DNA from: an uncultured Candidatus Saccharibacteria bacterium | Lineage (GTDB): Bacteria; Patescibacteriota; Minisyncoccia; Phycocordibacterales; JACOZG01 | NCBI GenBank assembly: GCA_964360815.1 | Contig: CAYHYA010000001.1 | Coordinates: 5,574-69,573, forward strand | DNA: 64,000 bases | Reading direction: 5' to 3' | Part shown: positions 47,485 through 56,447 of the stretch, piece by piece | How positions within the stretch are numbered: position 1 is the first letter of the stretch | Layout: the number at the start of each line of letters is the position of its first letter | The notes under the pieces: model-generated | The model's input: the letters and a program-made list of their open reading frames with translations, nothing else | Database searches by the model: none | What the model was told of the DNA's origin: nothing | Program-made: the position numbers and the translations under genes

Positions 47485-48039
47485 CTACCGATAGTGCGGC
47501 GATTGCTCCTTTATACCAGACCGGTGATTAACCAGTCTAGCGAGCGCGTAGAGTAAGGACGAGAGACGATTAAGATAAGCTAGCGTGGCTTCACCTATTT
47601 TAACCTGTTTTTCTTCACGGGCACGGACTACCCGTCGCTCGGCACGACGAGCGACGGTGCGAGCGTAATCTAACAGTGCCGCCAGTTCCGTGCCGCCAGC
47701 GATGAAAAAAGATTTGATTGGTGGCAATTCGTTCTCGATTTCGTCAATAATTTTCTCGAGCGCGCTGACTTTTTCGGTGACGATCATTTTAGCGGCGCCA
47801 GCCAGTTCGGCCTGAATGATAAAAAGATTGTGTTGAGCTTGTTCGAGAACCTGAACCAGTGCGAGCGACTTCGGTTTAACTTTTACCTTTTGACTTTTAA
47901 CCTTACAGAACCCGAGCAACGAGTTGAGCTCATCCATTGCGCCAAGCGCTTCGGCCACGGCTGAACTTTTCGATAATTTCTGATCACAACCAAAAATCTT
48001 GGTGGTGCCACCATCACCCTTACGGGTATATAAAGCCAT
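47485..48039 (-). CDS. PduO-type cob(I)alamin adenosyltransferase
   Basis: YTRKGDGGTT, GAMDELNS, ARTVARRAER, YLNRLS. Confidence 0.9.
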   Translation of the reverse strand: MALYTRKGDGGTTKIFGCDQKLSKSSAVAEALGAMDELNSLLGFCKVKSQKVKVKPKSLALVQVLEQAQHNLFIIQAELAGAAKMIVTEKVSALEKIIDEIENELPPIKSFFIAGGTELAALLDYARTVARRAERRVVRAREEKQVKIGEATLAYLNRLSSLLYALARLVNHRSGIKEQSPHYR

Positions 48040-48153
48040 GACTCCATCATAACGAATCGTTTATTGTTTGACAAATAATCAAAGCGGTGATAGTCATGGG
48101 GCGGTGTTGATTTTAGTTCCTTACAAAAAACCAAGCCCTGAAAGGAGTTCGAG

Positions 48154-49431
48154 ATGATACCGATGCCAAGTATTGACCCGTATCTGTTTGAGAAAATCGA
48201 AGTGGACGGAGTGCCGGTTCACGTTAAAAATTGGCCAAACAACGTTGGTTGCTGCATTAGAATCATTTTTCACGTTGGGGCGCGACACGATCCAAAAGGT
48301 AAAGCTGGTCTAGCCCATCTGTTTGAACATTTACCGTTCAATGGTTGTGCGGATTACCATGACCACCAAACGATCAGCCGAGTAAACGATGACCTCTTTT
48401 ATGGATCCCTAAACGCCCATACCGGTTTTGAACAGACTTGTTTCCACGGCTGGATACCAGATCTGTCCCGAGCAACCGAAGCAATCACCTTCCTCTCTAG
48501 TTTGGTTAACCGTCCGCTCCTTGATAAAGATCAGTTCGCGCGGGAAATTGGTGTAATCGAACAGGAGATCTGGAAAGATTTTGCTAATGGCGCCGATGTT
48601 GAGTTTTGCAAAAGGGTTCGTCGTTTACTCTATGGTGATCATCCATTTAGTGAACAGGCGCGACCTTACGGTTGGCCAGACACGATTAACCAGATAACCA
48701 TAGGAGATTGTCTGGACCATCACAATCAATATTACCATCGAGGAAATTGTGAAATTGTTCTTGTTGGTAACATTACCTCGGAGATGGCTAGGCAATTCCT
48801 TCCTCCCCTCACGGGCGTTATGTCCGAAGGGTTGGGACGGGCGTGGCCGCGGATCTACGAATGTCCAGGCCCCCTAGAGAAAGAGGTGGTGATCTCTCGA
48901 GCTCGTGATCTGGGGCTAGCGAACACTCGGAATGCCCAGATCAGAATTAGCCGTTTGTGTTCAGTGGTGGATTGGTCGGATGCAACCGTCTGGGTAGCCG
49001 GGTCGATCATTAGAGAGCGTCTGTTTGAGATCATCCGCCAAGAAATTGGTGCGACCTATTCACCATCCTTCAATCACCAGAAATATTCAGACCATCAGTT
49101 TGTCACCGGCTTGATCGTGGTTGATCCATCCAGCGTAACCCGGTCCCGCCAAGCCGTCCGAGATTCAATTGACTGGCTTGCGGAAGATTCGTCTGAAGTT
49201 GAAAAATTGTTCAAAGACAAGAGGGCGCGGCGGATTGGCGAGCTGAAGGCGGCCGAACGAACCGCGGCTCAGATTGCCAGAAGCGCAGAGGAGGAGATTG
49301 TTACCACGGGAACTAAGACTTTGTTCCGGGAGATTGAAGAACTTGAACAATTAGGGCGGGAGGAAGTTGTTCGGTTTGCGGCCACCGAGCTGTCTGAAGA
49401 AAGACTGTTCTGGGTGATTGTTGAACCGTAG
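48154..49431 (+). CDS. M16 family zinc metallopeptidase
   Basis: GLAHLFEH (HxxEH), LNAHT, E..VI.QE; own promoter, SD and terminator. Confidence 0.88.
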   Translation: MIPMPSIDPYLFEKIEVDGVPVHVKNWPNNVGCCIRIIFHVGARHDPKGKAGLAHLFEHLPFNGCADYHDHQTISRVNDDLFYGSLNAHTGFEQTCFHGWIPDLSRATEAITFLSSLVNRPLLDKDQFAREIGVIEQEIWKDFANGADVEFCKRVRRLLYGDHPFSEQARPYGWPDTINQITIGDCLDHHNQYYHRGNCEIVLVGNITSEMARQFLPPLTGVMSEGLGRAWPRIYECPGPLEKEVVISRARDLGLANTRNAQIRISRLCSVVDWSDATVWVAGSIIRERLFEIIRQEIGATYSPSFNHQKYSDHQFVTGLIVVDPSSVTRSRQAVRDSIDWLAEDSSEVEKLFKDKRARRIGELKAAERTAAQIARSAEEEIVTTGTKTLFREIEELEQLGREEVVRFAATELSEERLFWVIVEP

Positions 49432-49511
49432 CCCGTAACCATGGGCACAACCAAAACACCGTTCCGGAATTATCCGGCGCGGTGTTTTTTATTCAAACTA
49501 ATTCAAAACAA

Positions 49512-50054
49512 CTACCGGCTAACGCTGATCGTCTCGCCGTCTTCGGCATCACAGGCCCCAACGGTGATCGAGCCAGTAGAACTACGCGAGATATAGTAAC
49601 CAGTCATGTCATCGAGCGGGTCGGTGTCCCAAGTGGCGGCACCGGCCGGACTAACCGGAATTCGCGGCAAATAACCGTCGGTCACAAGACCAGCGGTGCC
49701 ACTTTCCAAAACCACGCAATTATTGCCATCGTTCACGATCGAACAAGAAGTATTGCAACCAGTGCTTGGCACCGTTGTTTCGTTGTTGCTGATCATAAAG
49801 TTCTCTCCGGCGGCCAAATCGGCAACACTGAAACCGGTCGGCCCATCCAAGTATCGTCCGCCGTTGTCGACTTGGTCAACTTTGATCGCGCTTAAAATCG
49901 CCGTCACGTCCGTCCAGCGTGCGGCATTGCGCGCGTCGGCAAAACGTTGTAGCGGATCAAGCGACACAAACACCACGCCGGCCAAAATGGCGATGATCGC
50001 AATGACGATCAAAAGTTCGATGAGGGTAAAACCTTTTTTCTTAAACATAAACAA
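49512..50054 (-). CDS. Type IV major pilin-like protein
   Basis: KKKGFTLIELLIVIAIIAIL; ARNAAR..D. Confidence 0.9.
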   Translation of the reverse strand: MFMFKKKGFTLIELLIVIAIIAILAGVVFVSLDPLQRFADARNAARWTDVTAILSAIKVDQVDNGGRYLDGPTGFSVADLAAGENFMISNNETTVPSTGCNTSCSIVNDGNNCVVLESGTAGLVTDGYLPRIPVSPAGAATWDTDPLDDMTGYYISRSSTGSITVGACDAEDGETISVSR

Positions 50055-50056
50055 AA

Positions 50057-51577
50057 TTATGGGATTATTAATTTTTTAATCGCGTATTGTTTACTGATCC
50101 AACCAATCTCTATTTTATACCATTCACCATCCGTCTCCAAGAGTGGATAATTCTCCTCCGGATAAACCTTGCCCACAACCCCGAAGGTTGGCCCCGGACC
50201 AGCGCGAACGTTTAACCACCCGGTTGGCGTGACCGTGATGACGACCATCTCAACTTCCTCGACTGGCGGCGAAGTGGTGGCCAGCTCCGAAGAGATCGAG
50301 ATGGTGACTGGCGAGATCGCCGAGGGAACAGTTTCGACCGGACTCTCAACTTTCGCCGGCTTGCTTGGCTCAAGGATTTGTCGGTTTTGTCGGAAAAGAT
50401 ACCAACCGCTGCTAACCACTAAAACCAAAAAAACTCCCGTCATGGCCACCCTAAGTCCGTAGCGCGAACCACTTCGGTCGTGCTGACCGTCCAACCGGAA
50501 ATTTAGCTCTTCGCCACTACGCCAGCGCGATGAACTAAATTCTTTAAGCGCTAATCCAATCGCCTCAAGATAAACGAGCGGTTGATTGAGAAAAAACGAG
50601 TGCGCCAAATTAACTGGTAACTCCAAATTAGATTTAAGGTAGTCACTCAAACCCCGCAAATGGCTACCGCCGCCGGCCAGAAAAAGTGAATCAACCTTAC
50701 GCCCCGACCATTGTTCGTAGTAGTCGAGAGTCACCTTCAGTTCGTCGCGCAAGACCACCAAATTCTTGAGCAAAACGGTGAAAACTTGATGGTCGGGATT
50801 AGTTAAACCGATCTCCTTCTTCATTTCTTCGGCTTCGCTTGAGGTGATTTTTAAGTTTTTAACCAGGTCGGTGGTCAACATTTCCGCGCCGTAATTCAAA
50901 ATTCGCGAATAACGCAGGCCGCCGCGCTCAAAAATCGCCACATGGGTGGAGACCGCTCCGAAATCAACCACGGCAAGTGGGCCGGCGGGTGAACCATTAA
51001 TCGAGGCCTCGGCTGGCGCGACGCTCCGAAACAGCGCGCTCGTTTCAAGATCAAATTCAACCGCCCAACCAAACGACTGGAAAAATTTTTGCCACCGTTC
51101 AAGAAACGAGCGGCTAACCGCCGCTAAAAGAAAATTGTCGCCACTCAAACGCTTGTAAGTAACCACAAGATCGTCGGCCTCGATCGGGACATTCTCCTTC
51201 GCTTCGCGCAAAACGCGCGCCCGCCACTCTTCGGCGGTGTGGGGTTGTTGTTCAGCTGGGCAAACAAAGGCGTGGAGAAAAACTTGCGTCTCGGGCAAGC
51301 CGAAATAAAGGCGGCGCGGGGTGATTGGTTCAGGTTTGGCTAATTCCAAAACACTTTTGACCGCGGCGGCCAAGCGAACTTCGTCTTTAATCACTCCCCG
51401 CTCAACCACACCGGCGGGCAAAACTTGTCGACCGAGGGCCGTCACCTCAAGCTGACGGCCTCGTCGAACAATTTCAGCCACCTCAATACTTCGATCGGCC
51501 ACATCGAGACCAACCGCCGCTTTAGAAAAAAAGTTTAAGCGCCACATGTTAAAAATTATTCCGCTGGCTCGGACCAA
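50057..51577 (-). CDS. pilM: PilM pilus assembly protein fused to TM + SH3b domain
   Basis: GLDVADRSI, VDFGA..T, LAGGGS.LRGL; C-terminal TM then WLNVRAGPG...WYKIEIGWISKQY. Confidence 0.8.
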   Translation of the reverse strand: MVRASGIIFNMWRLNFFSKAAVGLDVADRSIEVAEIVRRGRQLEVTALGRQVLPAGVVERGVIKDEVRLAAAVKSVLELAKPEPITPRRLYFGLPETQVFLHAFVCPAEQQPHTAEEWRARVLREAKENVPIEADDLVVTYKRLSGDNFLLAAVSRSFLERWQKFFQSFGWAVEFDLETSALFRSVAPAEASINGSPAGPLAVVDFGAVSTHVAIFERGGLRYSRILNYGAEMLTTDLVKNLKITSSEAEEMKKEIGLTNPDHQVFTVLLKNLVVLRDELKVTLDYYEQWSGRKVDSLFLAGGGSHLRGLSDYLKSNLELPVNLAHSFFLNQPLVYLEAIGLALKEFSSSRWRSGEELNFRLDGQHDRSGSRYGLRVAMTGVFLVLVVSSGWYLFRQNRQILEPSKPAKVESPVETVPSAISPVTISISSELATTSPPVEEVEMVVITVTPTGWLNVRAGPGPTFGVVGKVYPEENYPLLETDGEWYKIEIGWISKQYAIKKLIIP

Positions 51578-51963
51578 CGTCGCACCTCAACCGTTCGTTC
51601 GCCCAAACCAACCGTCACGACAACCGTTTTGGTGAAGGCGGCGAGTTGACCGGTTACCGTCACCACTCTTTGTTGTCCACCCGAGTTAACAACTTCTATT
51701 ATACACGAACCAGTAAGTAGCGGCAGGCCGGGCGCGGGCTGGCCCAGATAGTTTTGGTCTAGCCGCAAACGTTCGAGGGCCTCCTCAACACAGCCGTCCG
51801 CGAGCGCCCCGGCGCGCGCCGCGCCGATCAAATAACCAAAATCAAGCGCGCCCAAACCGAGCAACGAGGCGTTGAGCGATAAGATAAGAGCCGTGGCACC
51901 AATCACCACAATGGCCACCAGCGCCAAGAAGCCGCGTTGATTATTTTTTGCTTGTTTAATCAT
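51556..51963 (-). CDS. PilX-like minor pilin
   Basis: QRGFLAL (no E5), LADGCVEEAL.RLR. Confidence 0.65.
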   Translation of the reverse strand: MIKQAKNNQRGFLALVAIVVIGATALILSLNASLLGLGALDFGYLIGAARAGALADGCVEEALERLRLDQNYLGQPAPGLPLLTGSCIIEVVNSGGQQRVVTVTGQLAAFTKTVVVTVGLGERTVEVRRWSEPAE

Positions 51964-52457
51964 TGACGCAAACTAATCACCGTTCTAACTTCGATTTCGT
52001 AAGCAAAATCGGCTGACGCGGGCTCACGATAACGAAGCGTAAAACTAGCGCGTAGATTATCTCGAGCGTCGTTGGGCTCGGCTAAATTAGTAAAAAGCAG
52101 GTTGGTCAGTTCAACGGCCCCGCCGGAAACTTGAACGGCGGCTTGACCAGCCGTGGTTAACCATAAGACTCCGTCGAGTAATTCAAATTTCCGACCTGGT
52201 TCCGGGCTGGGACGAGTCAATTCCAGCACAGTGGCCGCGCTACCCGCCGGCGGATTAACGATGGCCGTGGCGGCGCGCACTTCTCTGGCAATGATCGAGG
52301 TAACGATTTGCGCGTTCGCCTCGACTTCAACTGCGACATAATTCTTGTCCCGCACCGCACCAAGAGAAAGTATCCAAATCACCAAACTCGTCAACACCAA
52401 ACTGACGAGTGTGAGGTAAATTACAAATTCGACCAAAGTAAAACCTTTTTTCATCAT
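51960..52457 (-). CDS. Minor pilin (PilW/PulJ-like)
   Basis: KKGFTLVEFVIY. Confidence 0.8.
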   Translation of the reverse strand: MMKKGFTLVEFVIYLTLVSLVLTSLVIWILSLGAVRDKNYVAVEVEANAQIVTSIIAREVRAATAIVNPPAGSAATVLELTRPSPEPGRKFELLDGVLWLTTAGQAAVQVSGGAVELTNLLFTNLAEPNDARDNLRASFTLRYREPASADFAYEIEVRTVISLRQ

Positions 52458-54295
52458 TTGTAATTTATTCTGACCGCTCCAACCACGGGCGTGGTGTTGC
52501 CGTCACCGGTTAAAAAGACGCGATATTGTAACCACTGGTTGCCGTTATAACTCTGATCAACCAGCGCGCCGCGCGCGACCGTAAAATCTGGCGACCAAAC
52601 CGCCGCGGCGAGACCGGCTTGGCTTGAAGCAACACGAATTTGAAAACGCACGGTGCAGGTCGGACTACAAGCGGGCAAAACTTCATCCCAACCAATCAGT
52701 TGAATTGGTGACGGGTTGCCGAGATCAAAGGCCGAAGATATCAGTTCGCCGGCCGTCTCATAACCACCGCCGGTCAAGCGTAAAATTACGCCGTTGTTAC
52801 CGACCGCCCAACCAGCGCCAACCGAAGGCAAGACCAAACCATTAAGCGTTCGAATTGTGCCGGTGAGCAAATCGTTCCAATTCGTGCCGTCAAATTGACG
52901 ACTCGTGCCATTTGAACCAACCACCAAACCACTAAGTCCGACCGAACCCTCAACTTCATTCCAGGTTTGACCGCCAGTCGAGTAAACGGTATTCCAGTTG
53001 CCGCCGTTCCAACGTCTGATTTGGCCATTCGTGCCGGCGACCCAACCATCGTTCGCGGTGAGCAGGAAAACGCTGTTCCAGGTGACACTGCCGAAGTTGA
53101 TAAAAGAATTCCAACTTGCGCCGTTCCAACGAACGATCGCGCCACTGCCACCAACCGCCCAACAATCATTAGGACTCACACACCAGACGCTGTTTAGGTT
53201 GACGTTCGGCGCGGTCGGAGCTGGCCCGATTCGCGACCAAGCACTACCGTTCCAGTGAAGCGTGAGTGGGCCGCCCGAGCGAATCCCGACCACCCAACAA
53301 TCGTTATTGGTTAGGCAAAAAATACTGTTCAAGCCAACATCGGGAATGGCCGCGACCGGATTGAACCGGGTCCAACCAGTGCCGCCAGTATTCCGAATAA
53401 TCAATTCACCGCCACTCGCGTTGCCAACGGCCAAGCAGTCGCCGGCGCTCACGCAAAAAACACTGTTCAGGTTAACATTCGGAATGCTCGCCGACGGGCT
53501 GACTCGTGACCAAGCGCTACCGTTCCAGTGTAAAATCATTTCGCCCTGGTTCGCCACCGGCCCACCGGTAATGGCATTACCGACCGCGAAGCAATCGTTA
53601 GCACTTCGGCAATGAACATCGTTCAGGGTTTGCGTGGTTGGAGAAATTTCGTTAACCCAAACCAACGGCCGAGAGCGCAACTTCAGTTCCCCGCCGGTCT
53701 GGTCTAACCGACCGTCATCACTTAAATAGCGCGTTGGATCAGACCAACTGACCTGTCCGGCGCCGCCCGACCAGTCGGTTTGCACCCAGTCATTCGAATC
53801 CCAGTTAGTGAAGAGGGTGGCCCGCTCGACTTCGTTGTTCGCCCCCGAAGCCGCCGACCAACTAACCATCACTCGAGCGGTCTGACTCTCAAGGTCAATG
53901 GTGCCGGCGGGACAAACAACGATGGCGCGAGTAGCGTCACGACACACTGGAGCGAAAGAAGTGGTGCGAGTAAATTGACCAACTGTTTCCGTGGTCCCCT
54001 CGCCCAAGAAACGCCATTGCCCGCTCGTCGAGGTGGCGACACTTTGCGTAAAAACTAATTCGTTCCACGCACCATCGCGAATCGAGCGCACTGCCTCGAG
54101 ACCCTCATCGGCTAAAGCCGCGGCGGCAAGATAGTCGCCGCCTTGAATTAAAGAAGTGAAACCGCCAAGCGTTAACGACACCATCACCGCGGCGAGCAAA
54201 GCGAAAATCGCCAAGGCGATAATCACCTCCATTAAGCTTTGGCCGCGGCGGCCAAAATTCGGAAAATTAATTTTCTTCAACCAAGCCAAGTTCAT
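52454..54295 (-). CDS. Large minor pilin (PilV-like) with a beta-propeller-like adhesin domain
   Basis: RRGQSLMEVII; repeats C.S.NDC.AVG....WNG..W. Confidence 0.75.
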   Translation of the reverse strand: MNLAWLKKINFPNFGRRGQSLMEVIIALAIFALLAAVMVSLTLGGFTSLIQGGDYLAAAALADEGLEAVRSIRDGAWNELVFTQSVATSTSGQWRFLGEGTTETVGQFTRTTSFAPVCRDATRAIVVCPAGTIDLESQTARVMVSWSAASGANNEVERATLFTNWDSNDWVQTDWSGGAGQVSWSDPTRYLSDDGRLDQTGGELKLRSRPLVWVNEISPTTQTLNDVHCRSANDCFAVGNAITGGPVANQGEMILHWNGSAWSRVSPSASIPNVNLNSVFCVSAGDCLAVGNASGGELIIRNTGGTGWTRFNPVAAIPDVGLNSIFCLTNNDCWVVGIRSGGPLTLHWNGSAWSRIGPAPTAPNVNLNSVWCVSPNDCWAVGGSGAIVRWNGASWNSFINFGSVTWNSVFLLTANDGWVAGTNGQIRRWNGGNWNTVYSTGGQTWNEVEGSVGLSGLVVGSNGTSRQFDGTNWNDLLTGTIRTLNGLVLPSVGAGWAVGNNGVILRLTGGGYETAGELISSAFDLGNPSPIQLIGWDEVLPACSPTCTVRFQIRVASSQAGLAAAVWSPDFTVARGALVDQSYNGNQWLQYRVFLTGDGNTTPVVGAVRINYK

Positions 54296-54719
54296 TGATC
54301 GTGATCATCCTCTGACCGCTCGCTTCGTGATCCAAGGTGACGCTACCGGCGGCGAGCGGCGCGCCGAGAGAATTAAAATTGAGGTCGTTAGCTAGCAAAG
54401 TTGTCGAGACGCGAAGCGCTGGCGGCAAATCAACGATGCGATCGTATTCAACAATTCGACCGGTGCAGTCAACCCCTTGATAAAGAATGTAGCGATCGGC
54501 TGGCGGACTGGCTTCAAAACAAACGCCGTGATGAGCGGCGTTCAAGCCAACCACACTCCGTTCGCGCGCCAAACGCATGGTTTGGACGAGCTGGCTCGTT
54601 TCTTCGTTCAACTGTGTTGTCACCGCTAAGTTGCCGTAAAGCGGTAACACCGTCACTCCGACCAACAAAAAAATTGCCAACACTAAAAGCAGTTCGACCA
54701 AAGTAAACCCCGCGCTCAT
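54267..54719 (-). CDS. Minor pilin (FimT/GspH-like)
   Basis: AGFTLVELLLV; ARERS; F...G. Confidence 0.8.
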   Translation of the reverse strand: MSAGFTLVELLLVLAIFLLVGVTVLPLYGNLAVTTQLNEETSQLVQTMRLARERSVVGLNAAHHGVCFEASPPADRYILYQGVDCTGRIVEYDRIVDLPPALRVSTTLLANDLNFNSLGAPLAAGSVTLDHEASGQRMITINELGLVEEN

Positions 54720-54756
54720 GGGGTAAGTATAATCTAAATTGGTGATTTAATTAAAA

Positions 54757-55326
54757 TTACGGGAGAAACTGAAGCAGGAACCATTGTCTCGACGTGTCAG
54801 AGGAAAAAACCGAGATAACCTGATAGGTTAATGTATCATCAAAAAACGTGTCCACCATGTTGGTTGGGATATTATCTATGTTTTCTACTGTACCCATCAG
54901 AGCAACCTTGTAATCTCGACCCTGCGAATCTGTTTTGTACCAGTAACCCAAATCCGGATTACTGGATGGACCAGAGGGGTCAGCGGGTCTGGGGTCTAGA
55001 TATTGAGATATCGCCGCTAGTTTATTGGGGTCATGGTAATCGTTGTTCGTGGTGGGGCAATCCCAACAATCAAGTCCGGCTGACGTTATTTCGGTTCCGC
55101 CAATAAAAATATCATCTGGATAACGACCATAATCTGTCTTATACAACTCCAACGCGTTTCTTAATTGAATTAAGTCCTGCACACGTTTTGAGTCGCGGGC
55201 TTTGGCCCGGGCTTGGGCGAGGGAAGCAAACACAATGCTCGACAAAAGGGAGATAATCGCGATGACGACTAAAATTTCGATCAGCGTGAACCCCCCCCTC
55301 TTTTCTGTTCGTTCTGTGTTCTTCAT
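54757..55326 (-). CDS. Type IV pilin / GspG-like protein
   Basis: GGFTLIEILVVIAII; ARDSKR..DL.QL..ALELY..D.GRYP. Confidence 0.88.
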   Translation of the reverse strand: MKNTERTEKRGGFTLIEILVVIAIISLLSSIVFASLAQARAKARDSKRVQDLIQLRNALELYKTDYGRYPDDIFIGGTEITSAGLDCWDCPTTNNDYHDPNKLAAISQYLDPRPADPSGPSSNPDLGYWYKTDSQGRDYKVALMGTVENIDNIPTNMVDTFFDDTLTYQVISVFSSDTSRQWFLLQFLP

Positions 55327-55364
55327 TTTACACTTTAGATCGTAGCAGTTTTTGTTTGTCCTGA

Positions 55365-56441
55365 CTATCGCCTAATATTGCCCGTGATTTGGTAGATCGG
55401 CGTGATGATCGAAAGGGCCAGACCGGCGACGACAAAGCCGATCAAGAGCAATAGGATTGGCTCAAGAATGGTGGACAAAGATTTGGTGGTGGCGTCAACT
55501 TCGTCCTCATAGAAATCGGCGAGATAGAAAAAGGTGTCCTCAAAGCGTCCCGAGACTTCGCCAACTCGAACCATTCGGGCAAACAGGCGCGGGAAAAGTT
55601 TGGGAAACCGTTCCAACCCGTCCGAGAGCTTCAGGCCCCGACCGACCTCGCTCGTCACCTCGCGCAAGGCGCGACGGTAATAAAAATTGTTTAAAGTTTT
55701 TTCGGTAATCGTTAGGGCCTCGTCAATATTGATGCCACTTTTCAATAGCAAGCCAAGCGAACTGGCCGTGCGCGCTAAATTAAGGTTACTGGCAAGACGC
55801 CCCGAGCCAGGCGAACGCAAAATTAACCAATGGGTCAGCGGGGCCATAAAACCCTGATGGAGTAGCCAGCGCAGAAATGCGACAACCACAATGAACCCGA
55901 CAAGGAAGATGAGTCCGCGGCGATCAACGAAGTCGGCCAACCAAATCAGCCAACGCGTGGTGAACGGCAGATCAATTTTCAAACCCCGAAAGAGCGGGGT
56001 GATCTTCGGCAGGATAAAGAAGGCGATCGTTAAACCAAGACCGATCGTTGAAACTAGCACGATGGCCGGATAAATCATCGCGCCCCTAACCTTCGATAAC
56101 AGATTGCGCTCTTTTTCCAATTCGCGGGCGAGGTTGGCCAAATTGGTCGCCAGATTACCGGAACGCTCCCCCGCATAAACCGCGCTGACGAAAATGCCGG
56201 AAAAAATTCTGGGAAAGACGGTGAGGGCCTCGGCGAACGATGATCCCGACTCGACGGAACGCTCGACGCGAGTGAGCGTCCGCCGCAGGGCGCCAGTGGC
56301 AGAATCAATAGACACGGCGAGCGCTTCGGTTAGAGTTAAGCCGGCCCCGAGCATCACTGATAAGTGTTTGGCGAAAAGGGCTTTCTGGGTTAAGTTGACG
56401 CCGCCCCAACTGATTTCTTTTTTTAACCAACCGTTAGACAT
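55365..56441 (-). CDS. pilC: Type IV pilus platform protein PilC (GspF family)
   Basis: LSVML.AGL, AGERSGNL, AMIYP, VGEVSG, LEP. Confidence 0.92.
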   Translation of the reverse strand: MSNGWLKKEISWGGVNLTQKALFAKHLSVMLGAGLTLTEALAVSIDSATGALRRTLTRVERSVESGSSFAEALTVFPRIFSGIFVSAVYAGERSGNLATNLANLARELEKERNLLSKVRGAMIYPAIVLVSTIGLGLTIAFFILPKITPLFRGLKIDLPFTTRWLIWLADFVDRRGLIFLVGFIVVVAFLRWLLHQGFMAPLTHWLILRSPGSGRLASNLNLARTASSLGLLLKSGINIDEALTITEKTLNNFYYRRALREVTSEVGRGLKLSDGLERFPKLFPRLFARMVRVGEVSGRFEDTFFYLADFYEDEVDATTKSLSTILEPILLLLIGFVVAGLALSIITPIYQITGNIRR

Positions 56442-56447
56442 ACCAGT

